Assembly: GCF_006345805.1 (NCBI RefSeq)
Contig: NC_042997.1
Coordinates: 35,898,001 to 35,962,000 of the forward strand
Origin: Octopus sinensis
Taxonomy: Eukaryota
DNA: 64,000 nt
Reading direction: 5' to 3'
In this document: piece after piece, positions 40,871-53,100 of the stretch
How positions within the stretch are numbered: position 1 is the stretch's first letter
Layout: every line of letters begins with the position of its first letter
Translations under genes and position numbers: made by a program
Notes under the pieces: model-generated
What the model was told of the DNA's origin: nothing
The model's database searches: none
What the model saw: only the letters and a program-made list of their open reading frames with translations

Positions 40871-41694
40871 AAAACTAAAAAAATTACATGTGTGTGTGTG
40901 TTTCAGTTAATAAAGTTTGGTTAGATATATGTATACAGAAAGAAACATAGACATACTGAAAACCCACAAATCATACAGAAATTACGTCACCATGTTCACT
41001 CAAGAATAAAGGGGAAGTAATAAACCGTCTTTTTGGTTGGTCTAATATCGTTTTGACAAAACTGAAACAGGAATTCCACTGATAAATTTCTTCCAGTCAA
41101 TTTCCACTGTTCATTTTTTCTGGAAATTGGTAAAATTAACATGCTGTAACCGTACTAGCATTGGTGTATTTTCCCTTGTGCTGGATTCGTAATAATATAT
41201 TTTGTCTAATTTGATATAGTTTTCCTTTCCTATAGAAGGTTTTCTATGATTAGTGTGAGGTTTCATTAGTTGAAAGACTTCAAAGTTGGAAATAAGAAAA
41301 GAAAGTAAAGTGTAGTTCTTTTGCAGGGGAAAAGGGATGAAATATTGGTTGCTTTGGCTGAAAAAGCAGACAAGTATAGGATGGAAGAAATAACGATTAA
41401 AACAGACAGTAAATGATACAGTACATGCATAAAATGTACTGATTATATAAGTAACTATCCGTCTGAAATCCACTGGGTATTATATCATTTCAAGTTCATG
41501 AAAAAGTACATAAGACACAAAAACAATATTAAAATCTCTACAACCATAATTGGTAAGCTAATTTGGTAATTCAATTGCGGTAAAAACAGAGAACATTAGG
41601 ATAAGATATATATTTAAAAATCCAGAAGATAAAAACAATATCAGTCGCAATCACCACCAGCACCAGAACAGATTTCAGCATCACTACCAGTACC

Positions 41695-41726
<32 letters not shown>

Positions 41727-41834
41727 AAGAAGAAGAAGAAGAAGAAGAAGAAGAAGAAGAAGAATAACAACAACAACAACAATAGCAGCAGCAGCAACAG
41801 CAGCAACAACGACAACATTGATGAAGATGACAAC

Positions 41835-41900
41835 TTGAACATAGACAGAATACCGCTAAGTATTTTGCCCGGCGTGGTAACGATTTTACCGCTCGCTGCA
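41835..41900 (-). mobile_element. SINE family A head fragment
   Basis: Reverse complement gcgagcggtaaaatcgttaccacgccgggcaaaatacttagcggtattctgtc. Confidence 0.65.
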
Positions 41901-41930
41901 TTCAATAATAATAATAATAATAATAATAAT

Positions 41931-42066
<136 letters not shown>

Positions 42067-42339
42067 GACTCAAGTTATGGGTAGTAATATCTCTGCAGTC
42101 TTGGTTGACAATCTTACTAGAGATGCTGTCTCGTGAAGAATACCGGCAGGTAGCCAAACTTAAAACTCATACCTGAATGTTGAGTGAAAATATCTAATAC
42201 AAATGTATTAAATAATATTGTTAATGAAACTGGAACAAAAGGTGAAAGCCTTTCGCCCTGCAGGTGCCCTGTGGTTGAGCAGCGCAGGTCCGGCCGTCAC
42301 CCATAGACTGCTTGTACACAAAGCCAGAAGCAGGATAAG

Positions 42340-42575
42340 AAGGTGGGATAAGGAGGCAAAGTGAACGGTAATTATATGCTGGATTGGGAGTGAAACAGAG
42401 TGCCCATTATAAGTGTTACAAAAGATTTCCTCCCTGGCACGACCAGAATAATCAGGAGAGTATTGGACGAATGATACAGTATGAGGCAAGTAGTAAGCCC
42501 CCTACGCATACAAGACTCAAGGAGCTCCAACAAAAGCTGTGATAAAGAGAAAATAATAATAATAATAATAAACCC
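42340..42575 (+). mobile_element. Decayed Dong/R4-like (restriction-like endonuclease) LINE 3' end with (ATA)n tail
   Basis: Across a frameshift: VLQKISSL / GTTRIIRRVLDE*, resembling the LQK..LLGTARIIRKVL terminus of R4/Dong ORFs; lies among (AAT)n tracts. Confidence 0.55.
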
Positions 42576-43841
42576 TGTGCTATCTTCCCCTCTCCGTCTG
42601 TGTCCTTGCAAACCATCCATTTCCCTCAAGTTAGTAAGAAAAACATATACACACAATTTTCCATACATTCACAGAAAATACTGCGATTGTAGACTAGTAA
42701 AAAGACGTAGATTTTCAAAGTAAACAATCTTAAAGAGAAATGTTAAAACAGAAATCACTCAGAAAAGAAAGAAGGCGTCAATTAGGTAAAAAGTAAAAGT
42801 TAAATACTGAATTCTAAAGCTTAATCATTAGCTAATACGAGCAAAATTCACAAGTTTTGTTTAAACTATAATTGTCATCAACATTTCATAAATAAATAAA
42901 GTTGTTAATGGACGTTACACAATATTCATATTTTATTTATGAAGAATACATAGAAATTTCGGACGTTTTGTAAAATATTGATTGCAATAAGTGTAAGAGT
43001 AAATTGTATTTCTTACTGATTAGTCACATTTAAGTTTTACTAGTATATTATAGATCATTATTGTAATCATTAATAACTACTTAAATATTCTGTATATTTT
43101 GTGAAAACTTTTAATGGTTCCATTAAAATATTTCACAATTTATTTGCAGTTATATACAAATACAAACCCCCACAATATATATATATCTGAATAATAGTTT
43201 ACATTCCTTCATTATGTTCCTATATGTATAGTAAACACATGATTTTTTAAGTAAATGCACTCATGCCCGCACCGACGTACACATATGAATTGATGATTCA
43301 CATCGATTCTGATTCATTTGTAACTTTTATCGTTAGAGATAGGGGAAATAAACAAGCTATTGGTGTACATGTTCTCTGTCTGGTTGGCAATATTTCTTTG
43401 GTAGATCATCATGCATGAACAGTTATCATGTATGTATGTATGTATGTATGTATGTATGCGTGTATGTATCCCAAAATGTGATAATTTTTCAGTTTACAAT
43501 TGTGGAAGTGTAGACAGTTTTGACCGACAGATTTGCTATATTTGCTATATGTCGGTTTGATGTTATTGACAACTGTACTTTCATTGACTTGGCTGGCTTT
43601 TGCTCTTTATGATGGTGTGAGTTTGGAGGATTTGATCCATTCTATGGTTCCTTTTGAGAAAAGGGATGTTCTGGAGGATGGAGTCGAAGGTTGCATTGTT
43701 TAGGGGGTTGTGCGTGATATCTATTGTAAGTTTTTTGTTGTAAATCCGTATTTAGTTTGGGCTAATGGTCCTTTTCACACTATAAATTATATTTGTCTGA
43801 CATGTTATACATAAAGACACAAACACACACACACAAAGATG

Positions 43842-43891
<50 letters not shown>

Positions 43892-43909
43892 ATATATATA
43901 TATATATAT

Positions 43910-43941
<32 letters not shown>

Positions 43942-43974
43942 ATAATATAAACAAGAGGGAGTTATAATGCAGCG

Positions 43975-44170
43975 ATTGGTCAAAATAATGATGACGTCCC
44001 GTTCCACTTGAATAAAGCCACCTAACGAAACGATTGGTCAAAACATTGATGACGTCACGCTACGCTAGATTGACCACCTAACAGGCATTATAAAACCGAG
44101 CATTTCACAAAAACCCACTAGAACCACCCAGCGAACTTCCACCATGGGTCATCACAATTGCTTAAGGTAA
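43975..44170 (+). promoter_or_regulatory. pLTR promoter: two ATTGG-N12-TGACGTC modules, TATAAAA (44089), CCACCATGG (ATG 44144), splice donor AAG|GTAAAA (44167)
   Basis: Motifs read directly; function inferred. Confidence 0.55.
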
Positions 44171-44432
44171 AAATGAATTCCTCGCTCTTTCGGAAACATC
44201 AATCTTCTGTATTGACCGCTTTCCACCACTTTGATCTGTTTTTTGTATTGAATACGTATCGCCACCGTGGGCCACTGCATCGAACACTTTGAACATATAC
44301 TTCATACTATATATCAACTGTACATGAACTATATATCAACTATACATGAACTCTAAGATGTCTGACTCCGTTGTGTATTATAAATGAATTTCTTGTGTTT
44401 GACGGCATGAGCTGTCGCTTTTTATATATAAC

Positions 44433-44490
44433 TTTTTTTGATAAGGTTCATTTCAGGAACTGAAACATGTTATAATGTATATACAAAAAT
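44433..44490 (+). ncRNA. Variant hammerhead-like motif in the 5' pLTR (U3-A8 core)
   Basis: TTGATAA, stem II GGTTC/GAACT, GAA, stem III ACAT/ATGT, GUA; stem I poor. Confidence 0.45.
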
Positions 44491-44603
44491 TAAAAATTGT
44501 ATAATACAGCAGCATTTTCGAACTTCATTTTTTACAAATATATACCTACTCGTATACGAGCTAATCCTATTATAAATATCATATCACGTACGAGCTCCCG
44601 AAA

Positions 44604-46002
44604 ATGCCTGCTAAAATAGACACCAACGACATCTCCTCAATAAATGAAGAGATACTGAAAGAATTGAAAAGCATAAATTCAAACCTAACAGCAGTGTTAA
44701 ACAAACTCAACTTAACACCTCGACCTTCTACACAAACTAACGAGGAAACCGAATCGAATAAAACACCCTCCGAAATATTCGAGAAAGTTGAAAATCTATG
44801 CGATACAATGACGACATTCTTCACAAACTTTACGAAACAAGAGCAACAAAAGAAGGAACACATGAGAAGAACCGAGCAACTTCAACATTACAAATAAAGA
44901 ACCAAGTCCTCCCCCAATGGAGAACACTACAGCGAAACAGAAAATTCGCTTTTTGGAAAATGATACAAAATCAGAATAAAGCAGAGATTTACCAAAAATG
45001 GCTAGACTCAACACCCCTAGTCATACCCCGTAAATTACAAATCAAACCCATCTCGGAAGAACCAGAAGAACAAAGAAAACTTAGAGAAAAAATGTCATTC
45101 GAAAAAATGAAGATGGAAATAGAACTACTTAAGCTGAGAGCTAAAACGAATGAAGAAAAAGTAAAAACCATAGACGAGGAAATCAACGAAGAAGTCATCA
45201 AACTAATAGACGACAACAATACTGAAACATTAACAGCACTATGGAATGATGAATGTGAAAAAGAGGAACTTAAGTCCCTCCAACGATGGGAAAAGAGCGC
45301 CATCTGGTTTCTAGATTATGAAACCAACTTCAGAAATGAACACATATCCAACAACCCCTTCATAAAATTAAGCAAATCAAAACCAAATACCAATAGAACG
45401 GAACAACCACCAAGAAATCCGACCACACTCTACACCAGAAAAGTACACCTAAAACACACCCCACACTACCTACACCAACCCCAAAACACCTACAGAGGCC
45501 ACCACACCAGTTCGAAAATAGACATACCAACAGAGCAGAACAACCACCAAGAAATCCAAACACACTCTACACCAGAAAACTGCATTTAAAACGCACCCCA
45601 CACTACCTACACCAACCCCAAAACACTTATAGGGTCCCACCACACCATTCCACGAACCTAAGGGCCACAACATACAATACTATAAAATACAACCCACATA
45701 ACCAAACCAAAACGCTACTACCAAACATCCACCCCAGGAACCAACCATACAACCATAACAAACCACAAATGCACTACGGAGGAAACAACTACCAACACAA
45801 TACACCTGAGGAACTAAGACGTAACACTAGGTTCAACAACAGACTCCAGAACAGAGCACCACGAACTCACTCTGACAATTATAACAACATGAGACAGATA
45901 AATAATAGCTTTGAACATAACTACACCAACCATTTTTTAGACCCCACACACAGGAACAGGGACACACGATGGCAAAGGACAAACAAAAGAAACCTCAGGT
46001 AA
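44604..46002 (+). pseudogene. PLE upstream ORF1 (~466 aa reconstructed; helical/coiled-coil-like N-half, Pro/His/Asn/Gln-rich C-half), two 1-bp deletions
   Basis: ORFs 44604-44897, 44798-45589 and the frame ending 45769-46002 join if 1 nt is restored near 44885 and near 45498. Confidence 0.7.
45401..45660 (+). repeat. ~137-bp internal tandem duplication within ORF1
   Basis: gaacaaccaccaagaaatcc at 45401 and 45538; encodes EQPPRNP.TLYTRK.HLK.TPHYLHQPQNTYR twice. Confidence 0.9.
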
Positions 46003-48266
46003 TTAAGATAATCAATCTCTCAAACAAAGAACTTACACCTAACGAAATAAGCATACTCTCCAAAGGACTTAAATTTACACCCACCCCACAACGTTCTAAT
46101 TATTATGAAATGAAAGATGATATTTCGGAATTTTGCAGAAAATTAAGACTCACCGAGGCATTTCAAGACAAACAAATAGAGGAGGACTCAATAGCTAGAA
46201 ACAAGAGCAATTACACCCCCACCAAAGGTAAGAATAAAGCCTTAGACCGCTATTGTGACTACATAACTAATTTCCCGTTTCAATTCATCAAGAAACAAAA
46301 ACACAGCCCTAACTTCAACAAAAGAGAATGGAACGACCTCATCAAACTATGAGAAGACAAAACAATAACAATTAAGGAGGCAGATAAGGGCAACGCGATA
46401 GTAATAATGAATACAAACAATTATAAAAATTTAGTGCTATCCCTATTAAGAGATGAAACGTATTATGAAAGGGCCCAACAGTATAACCAGCAAAAAATAA
46501 TGCATAACCTTAGGACATTAATCAACACATACCAAGAAGGACTCACGAACAAGGAGTATGAATACATCACTAACTTCAAATGCAAATCGAGTTTGTTCTA
46601 TGGTATCCCTAAGGTACACAAAAGCCAAACCATCAGAGAAACGTGCAAAACATCCACCGACACACTCATCAAAATCCCTTCACCAAATGATCTTAAACTA
46701 AGACCGATAATAGCAGGGCCAGCATGTGAAACTCACCGCCTCAGCAATTTCTTAGACACACTTCTTAAACCTTTCCTAAAACACATCAAAAGCTACGTAA
46801 GAGACGATATAGATATGCTCAACCACCTCCCTAAAACAGTCAATGAGAAAACCCTTCTAGTATCATTCGACGTAGTTAATCTTTATTCTAACATCCCTCA
46901 CAACCTAGGAATAGAAGCAATCACCTTCTGGCTGAATAACTACCCCTTTGAACTCCCAACTCGCATAAACAAAGACCTTATAATAGAAGGACTTAGATTC
47001 ATTTTAGAGAACAATTATTTTATTTTTGACAATGATTTCTACAGGAAAAGATCGGGAACAGCGATGGGCACGCGTACTGCACCATCTTTTGCCAACCTAA
47101 TGATGGGATACCTCGAGAAAATACTATACCGGATGACACTCGAGAAATATGGAAACACCTTCGCCACCTATATCCATAACAACTGGAAAAGATACCTCGA
47201 TGACTGTTTCATCATGTGGGACAAAGGCATAGAGAAACTTGAGGAATTTAAAATTCAATTTAATGGAATAAATGACAATATACAATTCACGATGGACCAC
47301 AACGAAAAAGAATTACCATTTTTAGACATCCTCATTAAGAAAACCGGCAACAAAATAGAGACAGATATCTACTATAAACCGACAGACTCTAAACAGTACC
47401 TACCCTTTGATTCATGCCACCCACGACACACTAGAATGAATGTCCCTTTTTGTTTAGCTAGAAGGATTTGCACCATAATATCAGACACAAACACCCGACA
47501 CACACGTCTCCAGGAACTTAGAACCACACTCACAAATAGAAACTATCCACAGCCCCTAATAGACAGTGCAATCCAACGGGTACTTAAATTAAGTATAGAA
47601 GACCTGAGACAAACAAAACCAAAAAAGAAAGAACAATTAAAAACCCTTCCCTACATCTCTACACACAACCCACTCAACAATGAGGCCTTCAACACCATAC
47701 TACAAAGCACAGCCCCACTAAAGGCAGACCCAAAGATGAACCGGATCCTCGAAACACACACCATCATTAAAAGTAAACGGCAACCAAAATCCTTGAAAAG
47801 GATTTTAACCCAAGCCACACTGCACTCAACATCAACCACAAAACCAGCAGTTAGAAAATGTGGAAGGCCCAACTGCGGAATCTGTGTCATCTTGAAAGAA
47901 GGATCAGAATTTATACTGGAACAAGGCCACCAGTTCACCATTAGAACAAACTTCACCTGCGCATCAGAAAACTTAATTTACGTCATAACATGCGCAGGCT
48001 GCAATAGGCAGTATATAGGCCATACAAAAAATAGCTTACGTAACAGGATGGCGGTGCATAAATCACAAATTAGAAACCCTGATTACCGCAAAATACCGGT
48101 CAGCGGACACATAGATAGATGTGCTGGAAATGTAAATCCGAAAGTTACAACTAACCCGCTCTATAAATTCAGTGACAACGCAACCTTCACACAACGCCAA
48201 AATAAAGAACTATATTTCATAAAAAAATTTAGACCAAGTTTAAACACCCTGGGCCAGGAATACTAA
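45969..48266 (+). CDS. PLE ORF2: reverse transcriptase + GIY-YIG endonuclease; one in-frame TGA at 46350-46352
   Basis: INLSNKELTPNEISILSKGLKFTPTP; IKEADKG; LRPII; LVSFDVVNLYSNI; GTAMG; RYLDDCF; CGRPNCGIC linker; NLIYVITCAGCNRQYIGHT with later His residues; 46407 ORF is in frame with the 45969 ORF. Confidence 0.93.
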
Positions 48267-48434
48267 AACAAAAGATAAGTCCTCCGAAAAGGAGAACCAA
48301 ATTTCACCACGGCCGCTACTTCAAACAGACACTCACTCTGACGGAAATATGCCTTAGTAAAAAAGGAAAAAAATTCTTTCGTGCAAATCTGACCCTGATA
48401 CATACGATACAGCTAAGGGTCAGACCCGATTCTG

Positions 48435-48830
48435 ATTGGTCAACAAGTTGATGACGTCTAGCTCTGCTAGAATGGACAGGATACAAACAAGGGACAGTCA
48501 TTAGTCAGAATATTGATGACGTCCTTTTCTGCTTGAATAGTCACCTAACAAGTACAGACAGGGGGCAGATCTAATGTAGCTATAAGTCGTGATTGGGCAG
48601 AATCTGGATGACGTCCTGCTATGCTTGACTAACGAAGCGACTGGTCAAGACAGGAAACAAACAAGAGGGAGTTATAATGCAGCGATTGGTCAAAATAATG
48701 ATGACGTCCCGTTCCACTTGATTAAAGCCACCTAACGAAGCGATTGGTCAAAACATTGATGACGTCATGCTACGCTAGATTGACCACCTAACAGGCATTA
48801 TAAAACCGTGCATTTCACTATAAAACCGAG
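48435..48830 (+). promoter_or_regulatory. Array of five ATT(G/A)G-N12-TGACGTC modules plus duplicated TATA
   Basis: Modules begin at 48435, 48500, 48592, 48685 and 48743; TATAAAA at 48799 and 48819. Confidence 0.65.
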
Positions 48831-49263
48831 CATTTCACAAAAACCCACTAGAACCACCCAGCGAACTTCCACCATGGGTCATCACAATTGCTTAAGGTAA
48901 AAATGAATTCCTCGCTCTTTCGGAAACAACAATCTTCTGTATTGACCGCTTTCCACCACTTTGATCTGTTTTTTGTATTGAATACGTATCGCCACCGTGG
49001 GCCACTGCATCGAACACTTTGAACATATACTTCAAACTATATATCAACTGTACATGAACTATATATCAACTATACATGAACTCTAAGATGCCTGACTCCG
49101 TTGTGTGTTATAAATGAATTTCTTGTGTTTGACGGCATGAGCTGTCTCTTTTTATATATAACTTTTTTTGATAAGGTTCATTTCAGGAACTGAAACATGT
49201 TATAATGTATATATAAAAATTAAAAATTGTATAATACAGCAGCATTTTCGAACTTCATTTTTT

Positions 49264-49274
<11 letters not shown>
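48659..49274 (+). repeat. 3' pseudo-LTR
   Basis: Direct repeat of 43949-44544; ends at (TA)n. Confidence 0.95.
49163..49220 (+). ncRNA. Variant hammerhead-like motif in the 3' pLTR
   Basis: Same core and stems II/III as 44433-44490. Confidence 0.45.
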
Positions 49275-49312
<38 letters not shown>

Positions 49313-50055
49313 TTGCATCAACATCTTGAGGATCTTCAGAACTGACCTAATGAGTAACTTCCCTAGCCAAAGCTTGACAGATAAATAACTATTGTACAGA
49401 AATATTATCTGAAGGCTAATAAATTTCATATAACACACCAAACTTTCGCGGGATAGCTTCCAGAGAAATTCCTGTACACGACATCGAGTATTAAGAAACA
49501 TCGAACGTCACAGACCAGGATGTAGTGAATGGTAGATGTCGATATATCGCCGTTATTGTAGTTTATCAATTCCATATGTTCGTATGATCTCGAAACAAAC
49601 AGAATTGCTGGTCTATGACCTATATGGAAATAGGCTGAAGCCTATTTGCTGATATACTGCAGCCTAGCACGCATGAAATAAAATAAATCAAGAATTAAAG
49701 GCAACTGTAATAATAGAGAAATATCGGTATCTGCAATTCTGGGCAACCGTGGCGAGTTGTTTCGCCTGGTCTCTGACATTCGGCGTTGTGTAAGGATCTT
49801 TCTGCACCAAATTTGGCGTGTAAATGAAATATGTACACGATATTTTAGCAATAGAAAATTCACGCGAGCGCACGCACATACACACACTATATGTACACGT
49901 GCACACACGCACACATACACATATTAGAAGAGATAGATAGATCTTTGAGGCTTCCAACAATGTACTTCTCTATTTTCTTTTCGACATCACAATATAAACG
50001 CCCTGCTGAGACAATGCCTTCATATATATATGAATGTGTGTGTATATGTGTGTAC

Positions 50056-50130
<75 letters not shown>

Positions 50131-53100
50131 TATTTATGCATATGATGTCAAACAAATATATTTTGTATAGTAGTGTGAACAGGACCAGTACCCCAAGCCG
50201 AAACATCAATCTTGTTTCGAATAATAACTCAGAATCTTCAGAACTGACTTAATGAGTAACCTCCTCAGTCAAAGCTTCATAGCTTAAAAAAAAAAAAAAC
50301 TCTTATACAAAACCAAATTATTTGAAGCATAACAAATGTCATTTAACATAACGATTCTACTGACCGGGAAGTATTTGATATTCATTATACAAACATTTTA
50401 TTTGAATGGCATAAAGTGAAAAACTTTTACCTATTTCTAATTGAGAAATATCATCGTCTACCTGTTCTTTTTCAACTCATAATCACACGGGGTAGAACTA
50501 GCTTCGTTGATGAGGAATAACAACGAAACAACCATAGTCAAAATAACGTTCTAAAGTCCTCTTAGTATTTGTATTGTTATGTCTGCATGTATACTAATAT
50601 TGTTTTAATAGCATTGGATAGAATTGCTGGCAAAATAACTTACAACTGCTAAGATAATATTCTCATGATGTAAACTGAATTACTTTGCACATACTGATCT
50701 GCTTTCAGAAATGTACATATATACATGACAACACTCCATGTAACACTTTCATAATCACTAGTGAATTTGTTCAAATTCGAAATAGTATAACAGACTCAGT
50801 ATTAATCCGGCCAATTCATACATTTATTTATTTCTCATAGTTTCTGGGGATTTCTCTAGAAACGAAATCACCGGCACTCAGTACCACGAAGCGGAACAGA
50901 TTACGTTTATTGTAATACATAGTTTAATATAACAAGTTTAACTTCTTGAAACAAACAAATAATATTTGTATGCACTATAGAAATATTTATATAATCATGA
51001 ATAAACAAAATAAAAAAAATTGTGTACTGTGTAGGATATATTAGATATATATACTGAATTACATATGGCTATATTGCAATAACGTATGTAGTAAGAGATT
51101 TCAGACACAAAAGTTACATAAATATATATGTATATAATGAGTAAAGTTAAACGGAATATGTTTGACTTATTTCTCCATTTCTAGGTCTCAGGAAAGTAAA
51201 TCCGAGTTAAGTTTTATTTTAATCGCAAGATGAATATATGCCAAACACTATATAATGTAATACACATTGGCTTAAGAGCAAATCAAATTTTAATTCTCTC
51301 ATAATTTATTGGCTATTGCTTAGCTATTACTTAATCGATATTTACTACAGCATTTATTTTCTGCTTATGTTGATTCAATGGAAATATTAATTTCCTAGCA
51401 TATTTATCTTCACTGAAAAATAAAATAAAGGAAAGAAAGAATATGAAGAGATCAGAAGCGAAACGCTTAAACAAACAACGCCACATTGGTCCCATTTAAG
51501 ATGGACTACTGATTTTTACAATATATCAGGTACATTTTAATTGGTTTAGGATATTGTATTTAGGCAACAATAGCGATATATTTGGAAAGAGACGATGAAT
51601 AGTAGTGAGAGGCTGAAATTTCATTATGAGCAGATATCCTTATATAGCGCAATTTATAATACGGTGATCAGTCAATTAGTGATGTCAGAGTCAACGGTTG
51701 CTTACTGAACGTCCGGATAGGATCATTACGTGATCAATACTATTATTTTAGGGCCCATGAATATTCATATTCTATCAAGTGTAACGTTGGAAATCAGAAA
51801 ATTAATTCTTTGCATGCTTGAACAGCAAGTGATATGGGAACAAAAAAAAGAAAAGTAAAGAAAACAGTCTCGAGTGATTATAACGGTAGCGTACTCCTCA
51901 CTTCCACCATCTTTCTATCTTTTCATTTCTCATTTAATATCTGTATTTTTCTGATTCTTACTTTCCCTGATTCTCGCTGCACCATCCTTATCCATAACCT
52001 CTTTTAATCTATATAAACTTTCTCCATCGATATTTCTACATTGGACTACCATTTACTTCGTTTTGGTTTGCCGGTCATTCTGTATGTCTATGCGTTTCGC
52101 TGAAGGTTCGTTTTCAACGATCAGTCCTTTTAATAATTCAATTATAATCTCTCTATTATTCTCTATTGTGGTATCTATCTCTTTCTTTTTCCTCCTGAAT
52201 CTGTCTCATTGTTACTACTGATTTCTTGCTCCTACTTTATTTTAAAGAAATACTTCCTTCATTCCTCCCTCCCTCTTCCACGCATTCTCTATCTACGTTT
52301 CTCCTTCTCGCTCTCACATACAAAATATGTTATTCAGCTTATATCTGTCTCTATATTTATCCCAGTTCGTATGTACATCCGTTATTTTAAGGTACAATAT
52401 TTATCTTTCGTTTTCTCCTGTGACAGCATTATCTGTAATTTATACATATATTTTCTATCCCCGCCCCCAGTCTCTTTCCTTCTTTCTTTTTTTCTTCTTT
52501 CCTTTTTTCTTTTCTTCTTTCTTTTCTTCTATCTTTCTTTCTATCTTTCTCTCTCTCTCTTTCTCTCTATCCCTCCATCACAATTTATTTACCATTTTTC
52601 CCACTCCTCTCTTCCTGCAGCACTTTCGTCTGCATGACAATACTTATATTATCTCCAGTTTGGTTGTAAAGATATATAATTTTTAGTCAATATTTCTCAT
52701 TTCGTCACACACAAATACACACAACAAATGCACAGACGCACGCATGCATGATCCGGAGACACAAACTCATAGACAGACACAAACCCGCACCCACCTTCCC
52801 TGACAAGCAGATGCACACACATATATAATCTCTCCGTCCAGCTCTGTCTAAATTTCTCCACCCTATTTCCGATGATAGTTGATGTATGCTTAGCCACGAT
52901 TGCCGTTAGCCACCACTTTCAATGGCGTCAATCTTCACAATTGTATTTATCTCTAAGTGATTTTTTATTTATTCCTCTCTTTATTCTGGACAATACTCAC
53001 GCAGTTCTCGTGACTTATTGATTTATAAAATGGCCCACTTGGCATCGGATACATTATTTTAATATTTCCTGAACTATGGTTTCACGATAAACTGAAGACA

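Larger units (their letters stand above)
43949..44544 (+). repeat. 5' pseudo-LTR
   Basis: Direct repeat of 48659-49274 with few substitutions; the 3' copy has an extra 20-bp TATA-containing duplication. Confidence 0.95.
43949..49274 (+). mobile_element. Penelope-like retroelement (Neptune-type), near full length, inserted in (TA)n
   Basis: RT plus GIY-YIG ORF; ~600-bp direct terminal repeats; (TA)n on both flanks. Confidence 0.95.

Noticed and set aside
44160-44215. Third hammerhead in the pLTR (GAAACA..TGTA)
   Set aside because: Core (ATGAATT) and stem II are too degenerate
46350-46352. In-frame TGA in the PLE ORF2 as a selenocysteine codon (as reported for some Naiad PLEs)
   Set aside because: Single TGA at a position (KL*EDKTITIKEADKG) where Arg is plausible, so CGA>TGA decay is simpler; no SECIS recognised; the copy has other lesions (two ORF1 deletions, Lys where RT motif B usually has Gln)
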